64,000 nucleotides of DNA. Origin: Candidatus Eiseniibacteriota bacterium. GTDB lineage: Bacteria > Eisenbacteria > RBG-16-71-46 > CAZAMP01. How positions within the stretch are numbered: position 1 is the stretch's first letter; every line of letters starts with the position of its first letter. Where the stretch lies: contig OZ245046.1 of assembly GCA_965224245.1 (NCBI GenBank), positions 800,001 through 864,000 of the forward strand, given 5' to 3'. Positions 54,068 through 64,000 of this stretch are shown piece by piece. A model generated the notes under the pieces. It did not search any database, was not told the DNA's origin, and saw only the letters and a list, made by a program, of their open reading frames with translations. The translations under genes were made by a program, and so were the position numbers.

Positions 54068-55279
54068 TCATCTCAGTGCCCGGCGGAGATCGCCGGCCAG
54101 CGCGCCACGCCGACCGACTCGCACGTCTCCGAGCTCGAGCCACGCGGCGAACCGACGCAGCTCGGCGGCCAGCGTGCCGGCGACGCGCCCGCGATCCGGG
54201 TCCGCCTCGACGAACGCCCCGCGCACGAGAAGTGTCCCCGTCGCCCGGTCGGCCTTCAGGTCGACGCGGGCGACCAGCTCACCGTCGAGGAGGAACGGGA
54301 ACACGTAGTACCCGAACTTCCGCCTGGGCTCGGGGACGTAGATCTCGATGCGGTAGTGGAAGCCGAAGAGCCGCTCCGTTCGCGGGCGGCACCAGATCAA
54401 CGGATCGAACGGACACAGGAGCGTCCCGCCCCGGATCGTTCGGGGGCAGGTGGCCCCCGGATCGAGATACACCGGACCGGTCCAGCCGTCCACGTCGACC
54501 TCCTCGATCTCGCCGGCCGCCGCCAGCTCGGCGAGGATCGGGCGGGCCACCGGGGTCCGGATCCGGTAGTAGTCGGCCAGATCGGCGACGGTGCCGATGC
54601 CGTGGTGGCGCACCGCCAGTCGCAAGAGCTCGCGCTGAGCGTCCGCGGCGGGCACGGCCGACCCGTTCAGCAGTGGCGCCGGGATCACGCGGTCGGGCAC
54701 GTCGTAGAAGCGGGTGAAGTTCTCGCGCCGGGCCACCGTGACGTCACCCGTCATGAAGTGCCACTCCAGCGCGGCCTTGCCGCGGCTGTATCCCCACCAC
54801 GGTCCCGTGCGCCCACCGGGATCGGAGAGGCCCCCTGCGGTGAGTGGGCCCACGCGGCGCACCTCGTCCAGCACCGACTCGAGATAGCCCCGTCCCTCGG
54901 CCAGGAGCTGCCGGACGTGTCCCCACGGCCGGGCCGCGGCCATGCGGTGGCGGAAGAGCGGATAGCGCTCGATCGGAATCAACGATGCCTCGTGCCCCCA
55001 GTACTCGAAGAGCTCGCGGCGATCGTAGGCCAGGCGGTCGATCCCGTCGCGCGGGTACGGCCCCAGGCGCGAGTAGATCGGGACGTAGTGCGCGCGCGTG
55101 GCCACGTTCACCGAGTCGAGCTGGATCAGCCCCACCCGATCGAGGACGCGGCGCAGATGGCGGACGTCGACGCGTCCCCGCGGCCGCGGGTCGGCGAAGC
55201 CCTGGGCCGCGAGCGCGATCCGGCGGGCCTGGTGATCGGCGATGCGACGTCGCTTCATGCGGGCTCGATCTGGTGGCAT
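54068..55279 (-). CDS. YcaQ/AlkZ-like (HTH_42) crosslink-repair DNA glycosylase; start 55279 or 55258
   Basis: IQLDSVNV (QxD), FEYWGHEAS, LL.PFDPL.W.R, YRIEIY.P..R.FGYY. Confidence 0.92.
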   Translation of the reverse strand: MPPDRARMKRRRIADHQARRIALAAQGFADPRPRGRVDVRHLRRVLDRVGLIQLDSVNVATRAHYVPIYSRLGPYPRDGIDRLAYDRRELFEYWGHEASLIPIERYPLFRHRMAAARPWGHVRQLLAEGRGYLESVLDEVRRVGPLTAGGLSDPGGRTGPWWGYSRGKAALEWHFMTGDVTVARRENFTRFYDVPDRVIPAPLLNGSAVPAADAQRELLRLAVRHHGIGTVADLADYYRIRTPVARPILAELAAAGEIEEVDVDGWTGPVYLDPGATCPRTIRGGTLLCPFDPLIWCRPRTERLFGFHYRIEIYVPEPRRKFGYYVFPFLLDGELVARVDLKADRATGTLLVRGAFVEADPDRGRVAGTLAAELRRFAAWLELGDVRVGRRGALAGDLRRALR

Positions 55280-55330
55280 ACTCCGCACCGTTCGCGTGTG
55301 TTCGGCGACACCCACCCCGAGAGGTGCTCG

Positions 55331-56539
55331 ATGACGATTGGAACCTCCGACGCACGCGTGCGTCGCCTTCAGGGCTGGACCCGCGATGCCGGCGTGGACG
55401 GGTGGCTGCTCTACGACTTCCGGGGCACGAACCCGCTGGCCATGCAGGCGCTCGCGCTGGACCCGGGAGGGCATCGGTCGCGTCGCTGGTTCTACTGGAT
55501 CCCCGCCGACGGCGATCCGGTCGGCATCGTACACCGAATCGAGGCCGGATCGCTCGGTCCTCTGCCGGGTGCTCGGCGCCCGTATTCCGAGTACACCGAG
55601 CTGGTCGCGGCCGTGCACGACGTGCTCCGGGGCGCGCGGCGAATCGCGATGGAGTACGCGCCAGAGGGCCGCAACCCCTACGTCAGCACCGTGGACGCCG
55701 GCACGATCGAGCTGGTGCGCGGGGCCGGGGTCGAGGTCCTGAGCTCGGCCGATCTCGTGCAGCAGGCGGTGGCCGTGTGGCCCGAGCACGCGTACCCGCT
55801 GTACCGCCAGGCGGCCGAGGCGCTGATCACGATCAAGTCCCAGGCCTGGGACGAGGTGTCGTCGGCGTTCCGCGACGGGCGCACGATCACCGAGCAGGAC
55901 GTCGCCCGCTTCGTCATGTCGCGGATGGACGCGGCCGGCCTCGTGGTCGACACCCCGATCGTCGGGGTCGGGGCGCACGCGGCCAATCCGCACTACGACA
56001 CCCTGGCCGCTCCCGACACGCCGATCGTGCCCGGTACGTGCCTCCTGATCGATCTCTTCGCCAAGGTGGATGCCCCGGACGCGCCGGTGGCCGACTTCAC
56101 CTACATGGCGTGGACCGGTCCCGAGCCGAGCGAGACGTTTCGCGAGATCTGGTCGGTCGCCCGCGACGCGCGCGACGCGGCGCTCGTGCGGATCCGCTCC
56201 GCAGTCGCGGCGGGGGCCGACCTCGAGGGCTGGGAGGTGGACGACGCCGCGCGCCACGTGATCGACGAGGCCGGGTACGGGGAGCACTTCGTCCACCGGA
56301 CTGGACACAGCCTCGGCACCGAGGCGCACGGCCCGGGCGTCAACGCCGACGGCTACGAGATCCGCGACGAGCGACGTCTGATCCCGGGCATCGCATTGAC
56401 CGTCGAGCCGGGCATCTACCTCGACTCGATCGGGGTGCGGACCGAGGTGAACGTCCACGTCCACGCCGGCCGCGTGGAGGTGTTCGAGACCCCGCCGCAG
56501 CGCGAGCCGGCGATCATCACCGCCGAAGGGATTCGCTAG
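55331..56539 (+). CDS. M24 family metallopeptidase (Xaa-Pro aminopeptidase-like)
   Basis: PHY, LLIDL, ADFT, HRTGHSLG, TVEPGIY, GVRTE. Confidence 0.93.
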   Translation: MTIGTSDARVRRLQGWTRDAGVDGWLLYDFRGTNPLAMQALALDPGGHRSRRWFYWIPADGDPVGIVHRIEAGSLGPLPGARRPYSEYTELVAAVHDVLRGARRIAMEYAPEGRNPYVSTVDAGTIELVRGAGVEVLSSADLVQQAVAVWPEHAYPLYRQAAEALITIKSQAWDEVSSAFRDGRTITEQDVARFVMSRMDAAGLVVDTPIVGVGAHAANPHYDTLAAPDTPIVPGTCLLIDLFAKVDAPDAPVADFTYMAWTGPEPSETFREIWSVARDARDAALVRIRSAVAAGADLEGWEVDDAARHVIDEAGYGEHFVHRTGHSLGTEAHGPGVNADGYEIRDERRLIPGIALTVEPGIYLDSIGVRTEVNVHVHAGRVEVFETPPQREPAIITAEGIR

Positions 56540-58443
56540 CCGGCGCGCGACATCGCCGCGCGAAGTCGGGGCACCAGCAACCGGTGCAAGGGCTCGTAGA
56601 CCCGCAGCCAGTAGATGTTGCGGACGGCGCCGAACGCTCCCGGGAACTCCGCCATCGCCCGCGCGTAGGCGTCCCGGTCCGCGCGCATCACCGCCACGAA
56701 GGCCAGCTCGCGCCCGATGGCATTGCGCTCCGGCTCGGGCCGGGAGCTGTGTCGCTCGACGAACCGGTGCGCGTAGAGGGCGCGGTACGAGGTCGCCGAC
56801 GGTGTCGGCGCCGCGAAGACCGCGATCGACTCGCCGGGCACCGTCTCCAGCCGGGTGACCGGTACCAGGTGGGCGTAGGCGGAGCCCACCTCGTGTGCGT
56901 CCTCGGAGCGCACGATGACCACGTCGGCCAGCGCGATCGCGTCGGCGCGCGAGATCGTACGGACGTAGCGCCGCCAGCCGGTCCGCCGGTTGTAGCTGTT
57001 GAACCACGAGAGCAGGAAAAAGTCCTCGAACGTCTCGTACCCGGCGTCGATGCCGGGCCAGTCGGCGGGGTCGAGGCACGCGAGGTCCACGATCGCGGCC
57101 GGCCGGAGCTGCCACATGATCGCGACCGCCTCGTTCGGGCGAAAGCCGTCCAGCACGACGTTCTGGTTCATCGCCCAGTGCGTCGGGAGTCCCTCGGGGG
57201 GCGTGGCCGCGTAGCGCGGATCGGATGCCGCCCGCCGGAGGAGCGCCTCGCGCACCATCTCGACGCGCAGCGGACGGTCGAGGAAGTACGGCGCCTCCAC
57301 GACGTGCCCCGTCACGAGCACGTACTGCGCGACCGCGATCACGGCGAGGGCGGCGCGCGAGGCGACGACGCCGACCGTGCCGCGCACGCGATCCAGCGCC
57401 AGGCCGATCAGGAGCGCCAGGGGCACGATCGACGGCGCCACGTAGCGCGGCTCCTTCACCGGCTGCGCGATCAGGATCAGGAGGGGACCGAGCGCCCAGA
57501 GCCAGAGGTCGAGCGTACGCTGATCGGTCCGTGCGCGCCGCCACGTGACGACCACGGCCACGACGACGAGCGGCGACAGCACGAGCAGCTGCGAGCGCAC
57601 GACGTCCCGGAGGTAGTACGTGATCGAGTCCAGCGACAGGACGTCGTGCGGACCCACCAGCCGCATGATCGGAATGGCCGTGTTGCCGACGGTCAGCACG
57701 TACTCGAGCGCACGCGGGAACAGCGCGGCGGCGATGCCGGCGGCGATCGCGCCACCGCCCGCGAGCGCACCGAGGAGCAACACGGCGCGCCGGCGGGACC
57801 CCGGCGGCCGGTCGGGATCGCCGGCGTCCGGCTCGAGCGCGCGGCGCGGTCTCGTGCGTCCCCGCGCCGTGCGTACGAGCCCGGCCGCGATCGGCAGCGC
57901 CAGGTGAACGGGAAAGACGATCTTCAGCGAGATGCCCGCGGCGACGGCGGCCCCGAGCGCGATCGCATCCCGTGTGGCGCCCGAGTCGAGGGCGCGTCGC
58001 CAGAGCCAGTACGTCAGGGCCACCCACGCGGTGAGCGCGAGCTCGACGTACAGCGATCGGGAGAGCCCGATGATCACCGGCGCTCCGAACACCACGAGCG
58101 AAAGGAGCCAGAGCGGCGTGCGGATCCCGTGCTGCCGCCGGAGAAGCCCGAGGGCGAGCATCCCGAGCGCCATCCAGCCGAGCTCGGTCACGAGCGCCGC
58201 GGGGATCGTGGGGGCGATCGCCAGCGCCGGCAGGAGGAGAAACGGGTAGACCGTGGGCAGCCCAAACTCCCGGGGCGCGCGGGTGCCGTCGAGCACGCCG
58301 GTCGCGAAGCCGAAGTACTGGGAGGGATCCATCCACGTGAAGGCGTCGCGGGCCTGCACGTCCAGCACCAGGTCCACGGCGAGCAACGTCGCGACGACGG
58401 CGAGAAGGAGGGCGTTTGCGCGGGTCGACGGCCGACGCGCCAC
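56536..58443 (-). CDS. Multi-pass membrane protein, GT-C/ArnT-like glycosyltransferase candidate
   Basis: N-terminal TM then WMDPSQY acidic loop, many TM helices, K.PRY..P motif, soluble C-terminal domain. Confidence 0.6.
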   Translation of the reverse strand: MARRPSTRANALLLAVVATLLAVDLVLDVQARDAFTWMDPSQYFGFATGVLDGTRAPREFGLPTVYPFLLLPALAIAPTIPAALVTELGWMALGMLALGLLRRQHGIRTPLWLLSLVVFGAPVIIGLSRSLYVELALTAWVALTYWLWRRALDSGATRDAIALGAAVAAGISLKIVFPVHLALPIAAGLVRTARGRTRPRRALEPDAGDPDRPPGSRRRAVLLLGALAGGGAIAAGIAAALFPRALEYVLTVGNTAIPIMRLVGPHDVLSLDSITYYLRDVVRSQLLVLSPLVVVAVVVTWRRARTDQRTLDLWLWALGPLLILIAQPVKEPRYVAPSIVPLALLIGLALDRVRGTVGVVASRAALAVIAVAQYVLVTGHVVEAPYFLDRPLRVEMVREALLRRAASDPRYAATPPEGLPTHWAMNQNVVLDGFRPNEAVAIMWQLRPAAIVDLACLDPADWPGIDAGYETFEDFFLLSWFNSYNRRTGWRRYVRTISRADAIALADVVIVRSEDAHEVGSAYAHLVPVTRLETVPGESIAVFAAPTPSATSYRALYAHRFVERHSSRPEPERNAIGRELAFVAVMRADRDAYARAMAEFPGAFGAVRNIYWLRVYEPLHRLLVPRLRAAMSRAG

Positions 58444-58874
58444 TACGTCCCCTTTCCTGGGGCTTCGGAGTCGGAGTCCTCGGACAGCTCGACGAGGACG
58501 CCGCCGGTGGACTTCGGGTGAAGGAAGGCCACCCGCTTGCCCTGCGCGCCGGGCGACGCGCCGTCGCCCACGATCTGGATCCCGTGCTCGCGGCAGCGCT
58601 CGAGCATCTCGTCGAGGCCCTCGACGTCCAGGCACACGTGATGGATGCCCTCGCCGCGCCTGGCGATGTACGTGGCGATCGGGGTGTCGTCGGTCAGGCT
58701 CTGGATCAGCTCGACGTGCGCGTCGCCGGCGCGGGCGAAGATCGTCTGCAGGTGCCGGTCCTCGAGCACCTCGCGACCGTCGTCGTCGAGCCCGAGCACG
58801 TCGATGAACGTGCGGGCCGCCTTTTCGGCGTCGCGCACCGCGACCCCGATGTGCGCCAGGCGCTTCACCCTCAC
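58443..58874 (-). CDS. mce: Methylmalonyl-CoA epimerase
   Basis: HIGVAV, ELIQ, GEGIHHVCLDV, AFLHPKSTGGVLVEL. Confidence 0.95.
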   Translation of the reverse strand: MRVKRLAHIGVAVRDAEKAARTFIDVLGLDDDGREVLEDRHLQTIFARAGDAHVELIQSLTDDTPIATYIARRGEGIHHVCLDVEGLDEMLERCREHGIQIVGDGASPGAQGKRVAFLHPKSTGGVLVELSEDSDSEAPGKGT

Positions 58875-59413
58875 GACGTCGCCTCCGGCTCGCGCGAGAT
58901 CACGACGAGCGCCTGGTTGCGCTCGACGCTCTGGCCGGTCTCGACGAGGATCCTGGCCACCCGCCCCGCGGCCTTCGGGGCGAACTCGTTTCGCATCTTC
59001 ATGGCCTCCACGATGACGATGGCCTCGCCGGCGGCGACCTCGTCGCCCTCCTTCGCCTTGATGTCGACGACGACGCCGGGCATCGGCACCTTGATCGTCT
59101 CCTCGGTCGCCGCCGCGCCGCCGCCGTGGAGCCGCTTCAGCCCCGCGCGGAGCGCGTCCTCGACCTCGATGTCGAACGTCTCGCCGAGGATCGAGACCTG
59201 ATAGCCTGCGGGGGTGCGCGCGGGCCAGGCCTCGACCGAGAGGTTCCGGTGGCTCGTGATCAGCATCGAGAGCGCGCCGGCGCCGTTGGCGGGGTCGGTC
59301 ACGTCCACGACGTACTCCCGATCGTCGATCCACACGATGTAGTCGTGCTCCTCACGACTCACGCGGACGCGGTGCTCGGTGCCGCCCACGTCCATGACGA
59401 GCGTCATCTCCAT
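58871..59413 (-). CDS. Biotin carboxyl carrier protein
   Basis: PMPG.V and EAMKM biotinylation motif. Confidence 0.95.
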   Translation of the reverse strand: MEMTLVMDVGGTEHRVRVSREEHDYIVWIDDREYVVDVTDPANGAGALSMLITSHRNLSVEAWPARTPAGYQVSILGETFDIEVEDALRAGLKRLHGGGAAATEETIKVPMPGVVVDIKAKEGDEVAAGEAIVIVEAMKMRNEFAPKAAGRVARILVETGQSVERNQALVVISREPEATS

Positions 59414-60891
59414 CGTCCGCCCCCGAGCTTCCAGACCGACGGCACCTGACCCTCCTTGGGTTCGCGAACGCGCCGGCGGTCCTCGTAGGCCCGAACCGCG
59501 GCCGCGATGAGCGCGCCACGCAGGTGCGTCGGCTCGCTGACGAGGCTCTCCGGCGAGTAGTGGTCCTCGATGAACGACGTGGAGAAATCACCCGACACGA
59601 AGACCGGGTGCTCCAGCGCCCATGTGTGAAAGTCGGCGTTCGTGATCACGCCGGCCAGGCGGAACTCCTGGAGCGCCACGCGCAGCCGCGTGCGGGCCTC
59701 GTCGCGGGTGGTGCCCCAGGCGATGATTTTCCCGAGCATCGGATCGTAGTGGATCGGCACCTCGTTGCCCGGAAGCACGCCGAAGTCGGACCGCACGAAC
59801 GGTCCGCCGGGGAGCCGGAGGTCGGTCACCGTGCCGGTGCACGGCATGAAGCCGGTCGTGGGATCTTCGGCCGTGATGCGGCACTCCATCGCGGCGCCCC
59901 GCATCAGGACGTCCTCCTGCGCGTAGCCCAGCGGCTCGCCGGCCGCGACCCGGATCTGCTCGCGCACGAGATCCAGACCCGTGGCCCACTCGGTCACCGG
60001 ATGCTCGACCTGAAGACGCGCGTTGACCTCGAGGAAGTGGAACCGCCCCCCGGGCTCGAGCAGGAACTCGACCGTGCCCGCGCCCACGTAGCCGGCCTCG
60101 CGCGCGATGGCGACCGCGGCGGCCCCCATCTTCTGGCGCAGCTCGGCGTCGACGGCGGGGGAGGGGGTCTCCTCGATCAGCTTCTGATGACGGCGCTGGA
60201 CCGAGCAGTCGCGCTCGCCCAGCCAGACGCAGCTCCCGTGGGCGTCGGCCAGGATCTGGACCTCGACGTGCCGCGGGTGCTCGATGAACCGCTCGAGGTA
60301 CAGCGTCGGGTTCGAGAAGGCCGCCGAGGCCTCGCCGCGCGTCAGGTCGATCGCCGACGCGAGCTCGGCGCCGTCGCGCACGATGCGCATGCCCTTGCCG
60401 CCGCCCCCGCCGGCCGCCTTGAGCATGATCGGATACCCGAGCGCGTCGCCCATCGCCACGGCCTCGTCGCGCGTGTCCGCAAGCGGGCCGGCCCCCGGGA
60501 CGCACGGGGCCCCCGCGCGCGCCGCGGTCTCCCGGGCGACCAGCTTGTCGCCGAGCGCGGCGATGACCCGCGAGGGCGGGCCGATGAACGTGATCCCGGC
60601 CTTCTCGCACGCCGCGGCGAACCCGGCGTTCTCGGACAGGAAGCCGTAGCCGGGGTGGATGGCCCCCGCGCCGGCCCGGCGGGCCACGTCGATGATCGTG
60701 TCGATGCTGAGGTAGCTCTCGGAGCTGGGGGCGGGGCCGAGGCGATGCGCCTCGTTCGCGATCCGGACGTGGTGCGCCGCGCGGTCGGCGTCGGAGTACA
60801 CGGCGATCGGCGAGATGCCGCACTCGTGCAGGGTCCGCATCACGCGAACGGCGATCTCGCCTCGGTTCGCGACCAGTACCTTGTCGAACAT
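59404..60891 (-). CDS. accC: Biotin carboxylase subunit of acyl-CoA carboxylase
   Basis: ANRGEIA, HPGYGFLSEN, GGGGKGMR, RDCSVQRRHQK, RLQVEH. Confidence 0.95.
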   Translation of the reverse strand: MFDKVLVANRGEIAVRVMRTLHECGISPIAVYSDADRAAHHVRIANEAHRLGPAPSSESYLSIDTIIDVARRAGAGAIHPGYGFLSENAGFAAACEKAGITFIGPPSRVIAALGDKLVARETAARAGAPCVPGAGPLADTRDEAVAMGDALGYPIMLKAAGGGGGKGMRIVRDGAELASAIDLTRGEASAAFSNPTLYLERFIEHPRHVEVQILADAHGSCVWLGERDCSVQRRHQKLIEETPSPAVDAELRQKMGAAAVAIAREAGYVGAGTVEFLLEPGGRFHFLEVNARLQVEHPVTEWATGLDLVREQIRVAAGEPLGYAQEDVLMRGAAMECRITAEDPTTGFMPCTGTVTDLRLPGGPFVRSDFGVLPGNEVPIHYDPMLGKIIAWGTTRDEARTRLRVALQEFRLAGVITNADFHTWALEHPVFVSGDFSTSFIEDHYSPESLVSEPTHLRGALIAAAVRAYEDRRRVREPKEGQVPSVWKLGGGRWR

Positions 60892-60909
60892 GGTGTCCTG
60901 CCGATCGTG

Positions 60910-62457
60910 CTACAGCGGAATGTTGCCGTGCTTCTTGGGTGGCAACTCCTGGCGCTTGTTCCGCAAGAACTCCAGGGCCGCGATGAGCCTGGGACGGGTC
61001 TCGCTGGGCTCGATCACGTCGTCGAGATACCCGTGCTCGGCGGCCACGTACGGATTGGCGAACTTCTCGTTGTACTCGTCCACCAGCTCCTTCCGCTTGG
61101 CCACCGGGTCGTCGGCCTCCTCGAGCTCCTTGCGGAAGAGGATGTTGATGGCGCCCTCGGGCCCCATCACGGCGATCTCGGCGGTGGGCCACGCCACGTT
61201 GAAGTCGGCGCGGATGTGCTTGGAGCTCATGACGTCGTAGGCGCCGCCGTAGGCCTTGCGCGTGATGACGGTGAGCTTGGGCACGGTGGCCTCGCAGTAC
61301 GCGAAGAGGAGCTTGGCCCCGTTCGTGATGATCCCGTTCCACTCCTGGTTCGTGCCGGGGAGGAAGCCCGGCACGTCCTCGAACGTGATCAGGGGGATGT
61401 TGAACGCGTCGCAGAACCGCACGAACCGCCCGCCCTTCCGGGACGAGTCGATGTCCAGCACGCCGGCCAGGCTCGCCGGCTGGTTGCAGACGATGCCCAC
61501 CGGGTATCCGTCCAGGCGCGCGAAGCCGACCACGATGTTGGGCGCGTAGCTCTCGTGAACCTCGAAGAAGTCGCCGTCGTCGACGACGTGATGCACGACG
61601 TCGCGAATGTCGTAGGGCTTGTTCGGGTCGGAGGGGACGATCTCGTTCAGCGCCTCTTCCCGGCGGTTCGGAGAGTCGGCCGGGTCGATGCGCGGCGGCT
61701 CCTCCATGTTGTTCGAGGGCAGGAACCCCAGGAGGCGCTTGATCTGGAGCAGGCACTCGACGTCGCTGGGGGCGGTGAAGTGCGCGACGCCGCTCTTGGT
61801 GGCGTGCGTCTCCGCGCCGCCGAGCTCCTCGAACGTGACCTCCTCGCCGGTGACCGTCTTGATCACGTTGGGACCGGTCACGAACATGTGGCTCGTGCCC
61901 TCGACCATGAAGATGAAGTCGGTGATGGCCGGGGAGTAGACCGCGCCGCCGGCGCAGGGCCCCATGACGGCCGAGAGCTGCGGCACGACCCCCGACGCGA
62001 GGGTGTTCCGGAGGAAGATCTCGGCGTAGCCGCCGAGGCTCCGGACGCCCTCCTGGATCCGCGCGCCGCCCGAGTCGTTCAGGCCGATGACGGGCACGCC
62101 GTTCTCGACCGCCAGGTCCATCAGCCCGGTGATCTTGCGCGCGTTGGTCTCCGAGAGCGTGCCCCCGAACACGGTGAAGTCCTGGGCGAACACGGCCACG
62201 CGCCGGCCGTGGACCTGGGCCAGGCCGCAGACCACGCCGTCGCCGGTGATCTTGCGCTCGCCGATGCCGAAGTCGGTGCACTGGTGCGTGACGAAGACCC
62301 CCAGCTCCTGGAAGCTGCCGGGGTCGACCAGCAGGTTGATCCGCTCGCGCGCGGTCAGTCGGCCCGACGCGTGGATCTTCTCCACGCGCTTGGTTCCGCC
62401 GCCGGCCAGCGCCTCGATGCGGCGCCGGCGCAACGTGGTCATGCGATCGTCGCTCAT
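60910..62457 (-). CDS. pccB: Propionyl-CoA carboxylase carboxyltransferase (beta) subunit
   Basis: DSGGARIQEG, GPCAGGAVY, DVPGFLPG, RKAYGGAY, KKHGNIPL. Confidence 0.96.
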   Translation of the reverse strand: MSDDRMTTLRRRRIEALAGGGTKRVEKIHASGRLTARERINLLVDPGSFQELGVFVTHQCTDFGIGERKITGDGVVCGLAQVHGRRVAVFAQDFTVFGGTLSETNARKITGLMDLAVENGVPVIGLNDSGGARIQEGVRSLGGYAEIFLRNTLASGVVPQLSAVMGPCAGGAVYSPAITDFIFMVEGTSHMFVTGPNVIKTVTGEEVTFEELGGAETHATKSGVAHFTAPSDVECLLQIKRLLGFLPSNNMEEPPRIDPADSPNRREEALNEIVPSDPNKPYDIRDVVHHVVDDGDFFEVHESYAPNIVVGFARLDGYPVGIVCNQPASLAGVLDIDSSRKGGRFVRFCDAFNIPLITFEDVPGFLPGTNQEWNGIITNGAKLLFAYCEATVPKLTVITRKAYGGAYDVMSSKHIRADFNVAWPTAEIAVMGPEGAINILFRKELEEADDPVAKRKELVDEYNEKFANPYVAAEHGYLDDVIEPSETRPRLIAALEFLRNKRQELPPKKHGNIPL

Positions 62458-62632
62458 GTGACCTTCTCCGGCGCGGACGGGGCGGGAAGGACCCCGTCCT
62501 TCCGATCCGTCCGCCGTCGTGGGGAAGCGGCGACCCTTCGCACGAGCGAGATCGTGAACGGGACGGCCGGCGCGAACGGTCGGTCGGGAACGCGCGTCGT
62601 CGGCGCTCTCGGGAGATTTTGCCGCGCCGAGC

Positions 62633-62752
62633 AGTGTAGTGAGCCCCCGGGAGGCCGGTCAAACGCTTTTGGGGGTCGGACCGGGCGGCCTCGCGCCGGC
62701 CGCCCGCATCGCCGGGAGCCGGTTGACTCGGCCGACGGGGCCGCCGTAGGCT
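62633..62752. promoter_or_regulatory. Divergent putative sigma70 promoters for pccB (-) and enoyl-CoA hydratase (+)
   Basis: Minus: TTGACC(62662)-N18-TACACT(62633). Plus: TTGACT(62723)-N18-TAGGCT(62752). Confidence 0.5.
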
Positions 62753-62843
62753 GGCTGACCTCGTTCGGCGATGGGCGCCGCGGCGCCCGTCGCGCGCGGG
62801 GCGCTCGTGCCCCGACTGGCCGATCGCTGGGAGCGTCGCCGAC

Positions 62844-63626
62844 ATGACCTTCGAAACGCTGACCGTCGAGCGAGACGGGGCCATCGCCACCGTCTCCATC
62901 AACCGCCCCAAGGCGCTGAACGCGCTGAACGCGGCCGTCCTGGGGGAGCTCGACGCGCTCGTGAGTGCCCTCGCCGCCGACGAGTCGCTGCGGGCCGTCA
63001 TCCTGACCGGCGCCGGCGACCGGTCCTTCGTGGCCGGAGCCGACATCCCCGAAATGAAGGGCCTCGGGGGCCCCGAGGCGGCGGCCTTCTCGAGGCGGGG
63101 CCAGGCGGTCTTCTCCGCCATCGAGGCGCTCGAGGTGCCCGTGATCGCCGCGATCAACGGGTTCGCGCTGGGCGGCGGGCTCGAGCTGGCCCTCTGCGCC
63201 CACATCCGGGTGGCGGCGCGCACCGCCAAGCTGGGCCTTCCCGAGGTGACGCTGGGGCTCATCCCCGGCTACGGGGGCACCCAGCGCCTGCCCCGCCTGA
63301 TCGGCCGGGGCCCTGCGCTGGAGCTCATCCTGACCGGGGCGTTCGTGGACGCCGAGCGGGCCGCCGCGCTGGGCCTCGTGAACCGGGTCGTGGATCCCGA
63401 GCATCTGACCGCCGAGACCCGGGCGCTGGCCGATGCGATCGCGAAGGTCGGCCCCCGGGCGGTGTCGGCCGCGCTCGGCGCCGTGCGCCGGGGGCTGGAT
63501 CTACCGCTCAGCGAGGGGCTGGGGGCCGAGGCGGACGCCTTCGGCGCCCTCTTCGAGACCCGGGACGCCGCCGAGGGGATCGCCGCATTCATGGAGAAGC
63601 GCAAGCCGGCCTTCGACGGGCGGTGA
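62844..63626 (+). CDS. Enoyl-CoA hydratase (crotonase)
   Basis: NRPKALNALN, FVAGADI, GFALGGGLELAL, PE..LG.IPG.GGTQRL. Confidence 0.96.
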   Translation: MTFETLTVERDGAIATVSINRPKALNALNAAVLGELDALVSALAADESLRAVILTGAGDRSFVAGADIPEMKGLGGPEAAAFSRRGQAVFSAIEALEVPVIAAINGFALGGGLELALCAHIRVAARTAKLGLPEVTLGLIPGYGGTQRLPRLIGRGPALELILTGAFVDAERAAALGLVNRVVDPEHLTAETRALADAIAKVGPRAVSAALGAVRRGLDLPLSEGLGAEADAFGALFETRDAAEGIAAFMEKRKPAFDGR

Positions 63627-63699
63627 CGGCGGGGGGGGTGCGCCCGCGCGCCGGCGGTGATACTCTCTTCTGCGCCAAAACGGCATCACCGACGATCGC

Positions 63700-63781
<82 letters not shown>

Positions 63782-63841
63782 CACGCCGCCCGCGCGCCGC
63801 GTCGTCGTTCTCCGGCGTCCATCCGAGGAAGGAACTGGCCC

Positions 63842-64000
63842 GTGAAGGTCGAGGTCAAAGAAACCGGCGAGTGGAAGCGCGAGCTCTTCGTCGAGCTGAC
63901 GGACGAGGAAGTGCGCGCCGAGATGAAGCGCGTGGTCAGGGAGTTCCGCAAGAAGACGCAGCTCCCGGGCTTCCGCAAGGGCAAGGTGCCCGAGACGATC
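63842..64000 (+). CDS. tig: Trigger factor (5' part, runs off window)
   Basis: GTG start; VKVEVKETGEWKREL...LPGFRKGKVP ribosome-binding signature; follows tRNA-Leu. Confidence 0.95.
   Translation, partial: MKVEVKETGEWKRELFVELTDEEVRAEMKRVVREFRKKTQLPGFRKGKVPETI

Noticed and set aside
54068-58521. 1422-aa (-) and 1225-aa (+) giant ORFs
   Set aside because: Only the last ~400 aa of the minus ORF is protein-like (YcaQ); the rest is off-frame or antisense to the M24 peptidase and membrane protein.
59524-63262. 1107-aa (+) and 1224-aa (-) ORFs
   Set aside because: Antisense or off-frame shadows of accC, pccB and the crotonase; Arg/Gly-rich with no motifs.

Overview
This is a high-GC bacterial chromosomal segment. 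Secreted proteins with FlgD-Ig C-termini or an 'SW..K..YR' tail suggest an FCB-superphylum lineage such as Eisenbacteria, Krumholzibacteriota or Latescibacterota (inference only). The window opens inside a 23S rRNA gene interrupted by a 646-nt group I intron at the E. coli 1931-equivalent site, which encodes a single-motif LAGLIDADG homing endonuclease; 5S rRNA and a terminator follow. Next is an accessory stretch: a complete convergent four-gene t6A cassette (tsaE-tsaB / tsaD-tsaC), an orphan papain-fold protein, a multidomain M4 metalloprotease with an upstream lipoprotein resembling the emfourin inhibitor, an Ig-domain lipoprotein, an orphan radical SAM enzyme and a fused FTCD. The housekeeping backbone runs yebC-ruvC-ruvA, then a 9-kb block (secreted protein, ZIP transporter, class II DAHP synthase, spoVR-yeaH-prkA), then ruvB-queA-(GDPD)-tgt-yajC-def-fmt-rsmB-PASTA-rpe-ffh-rpsP-khpA-rimM-trmD-rplS-rnhB. 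Between rnhB and yraN lies a glycosyltransferase-like gene frameshifted by an 8-bp tandem repeat. The last third holds icmF divergent from an acyl-CoA dehydrogenase/thiolase/hbd operon, a ycaQ-like glycosylase, an M24 peptidase, a pccB-biotin carboxylase-BCCP-mce operon, an enoyl-CoA hydratase, tRNA-Leu(TAG) and the start of tig. All family calls come from motifs recognised by eye; no database searches were run.
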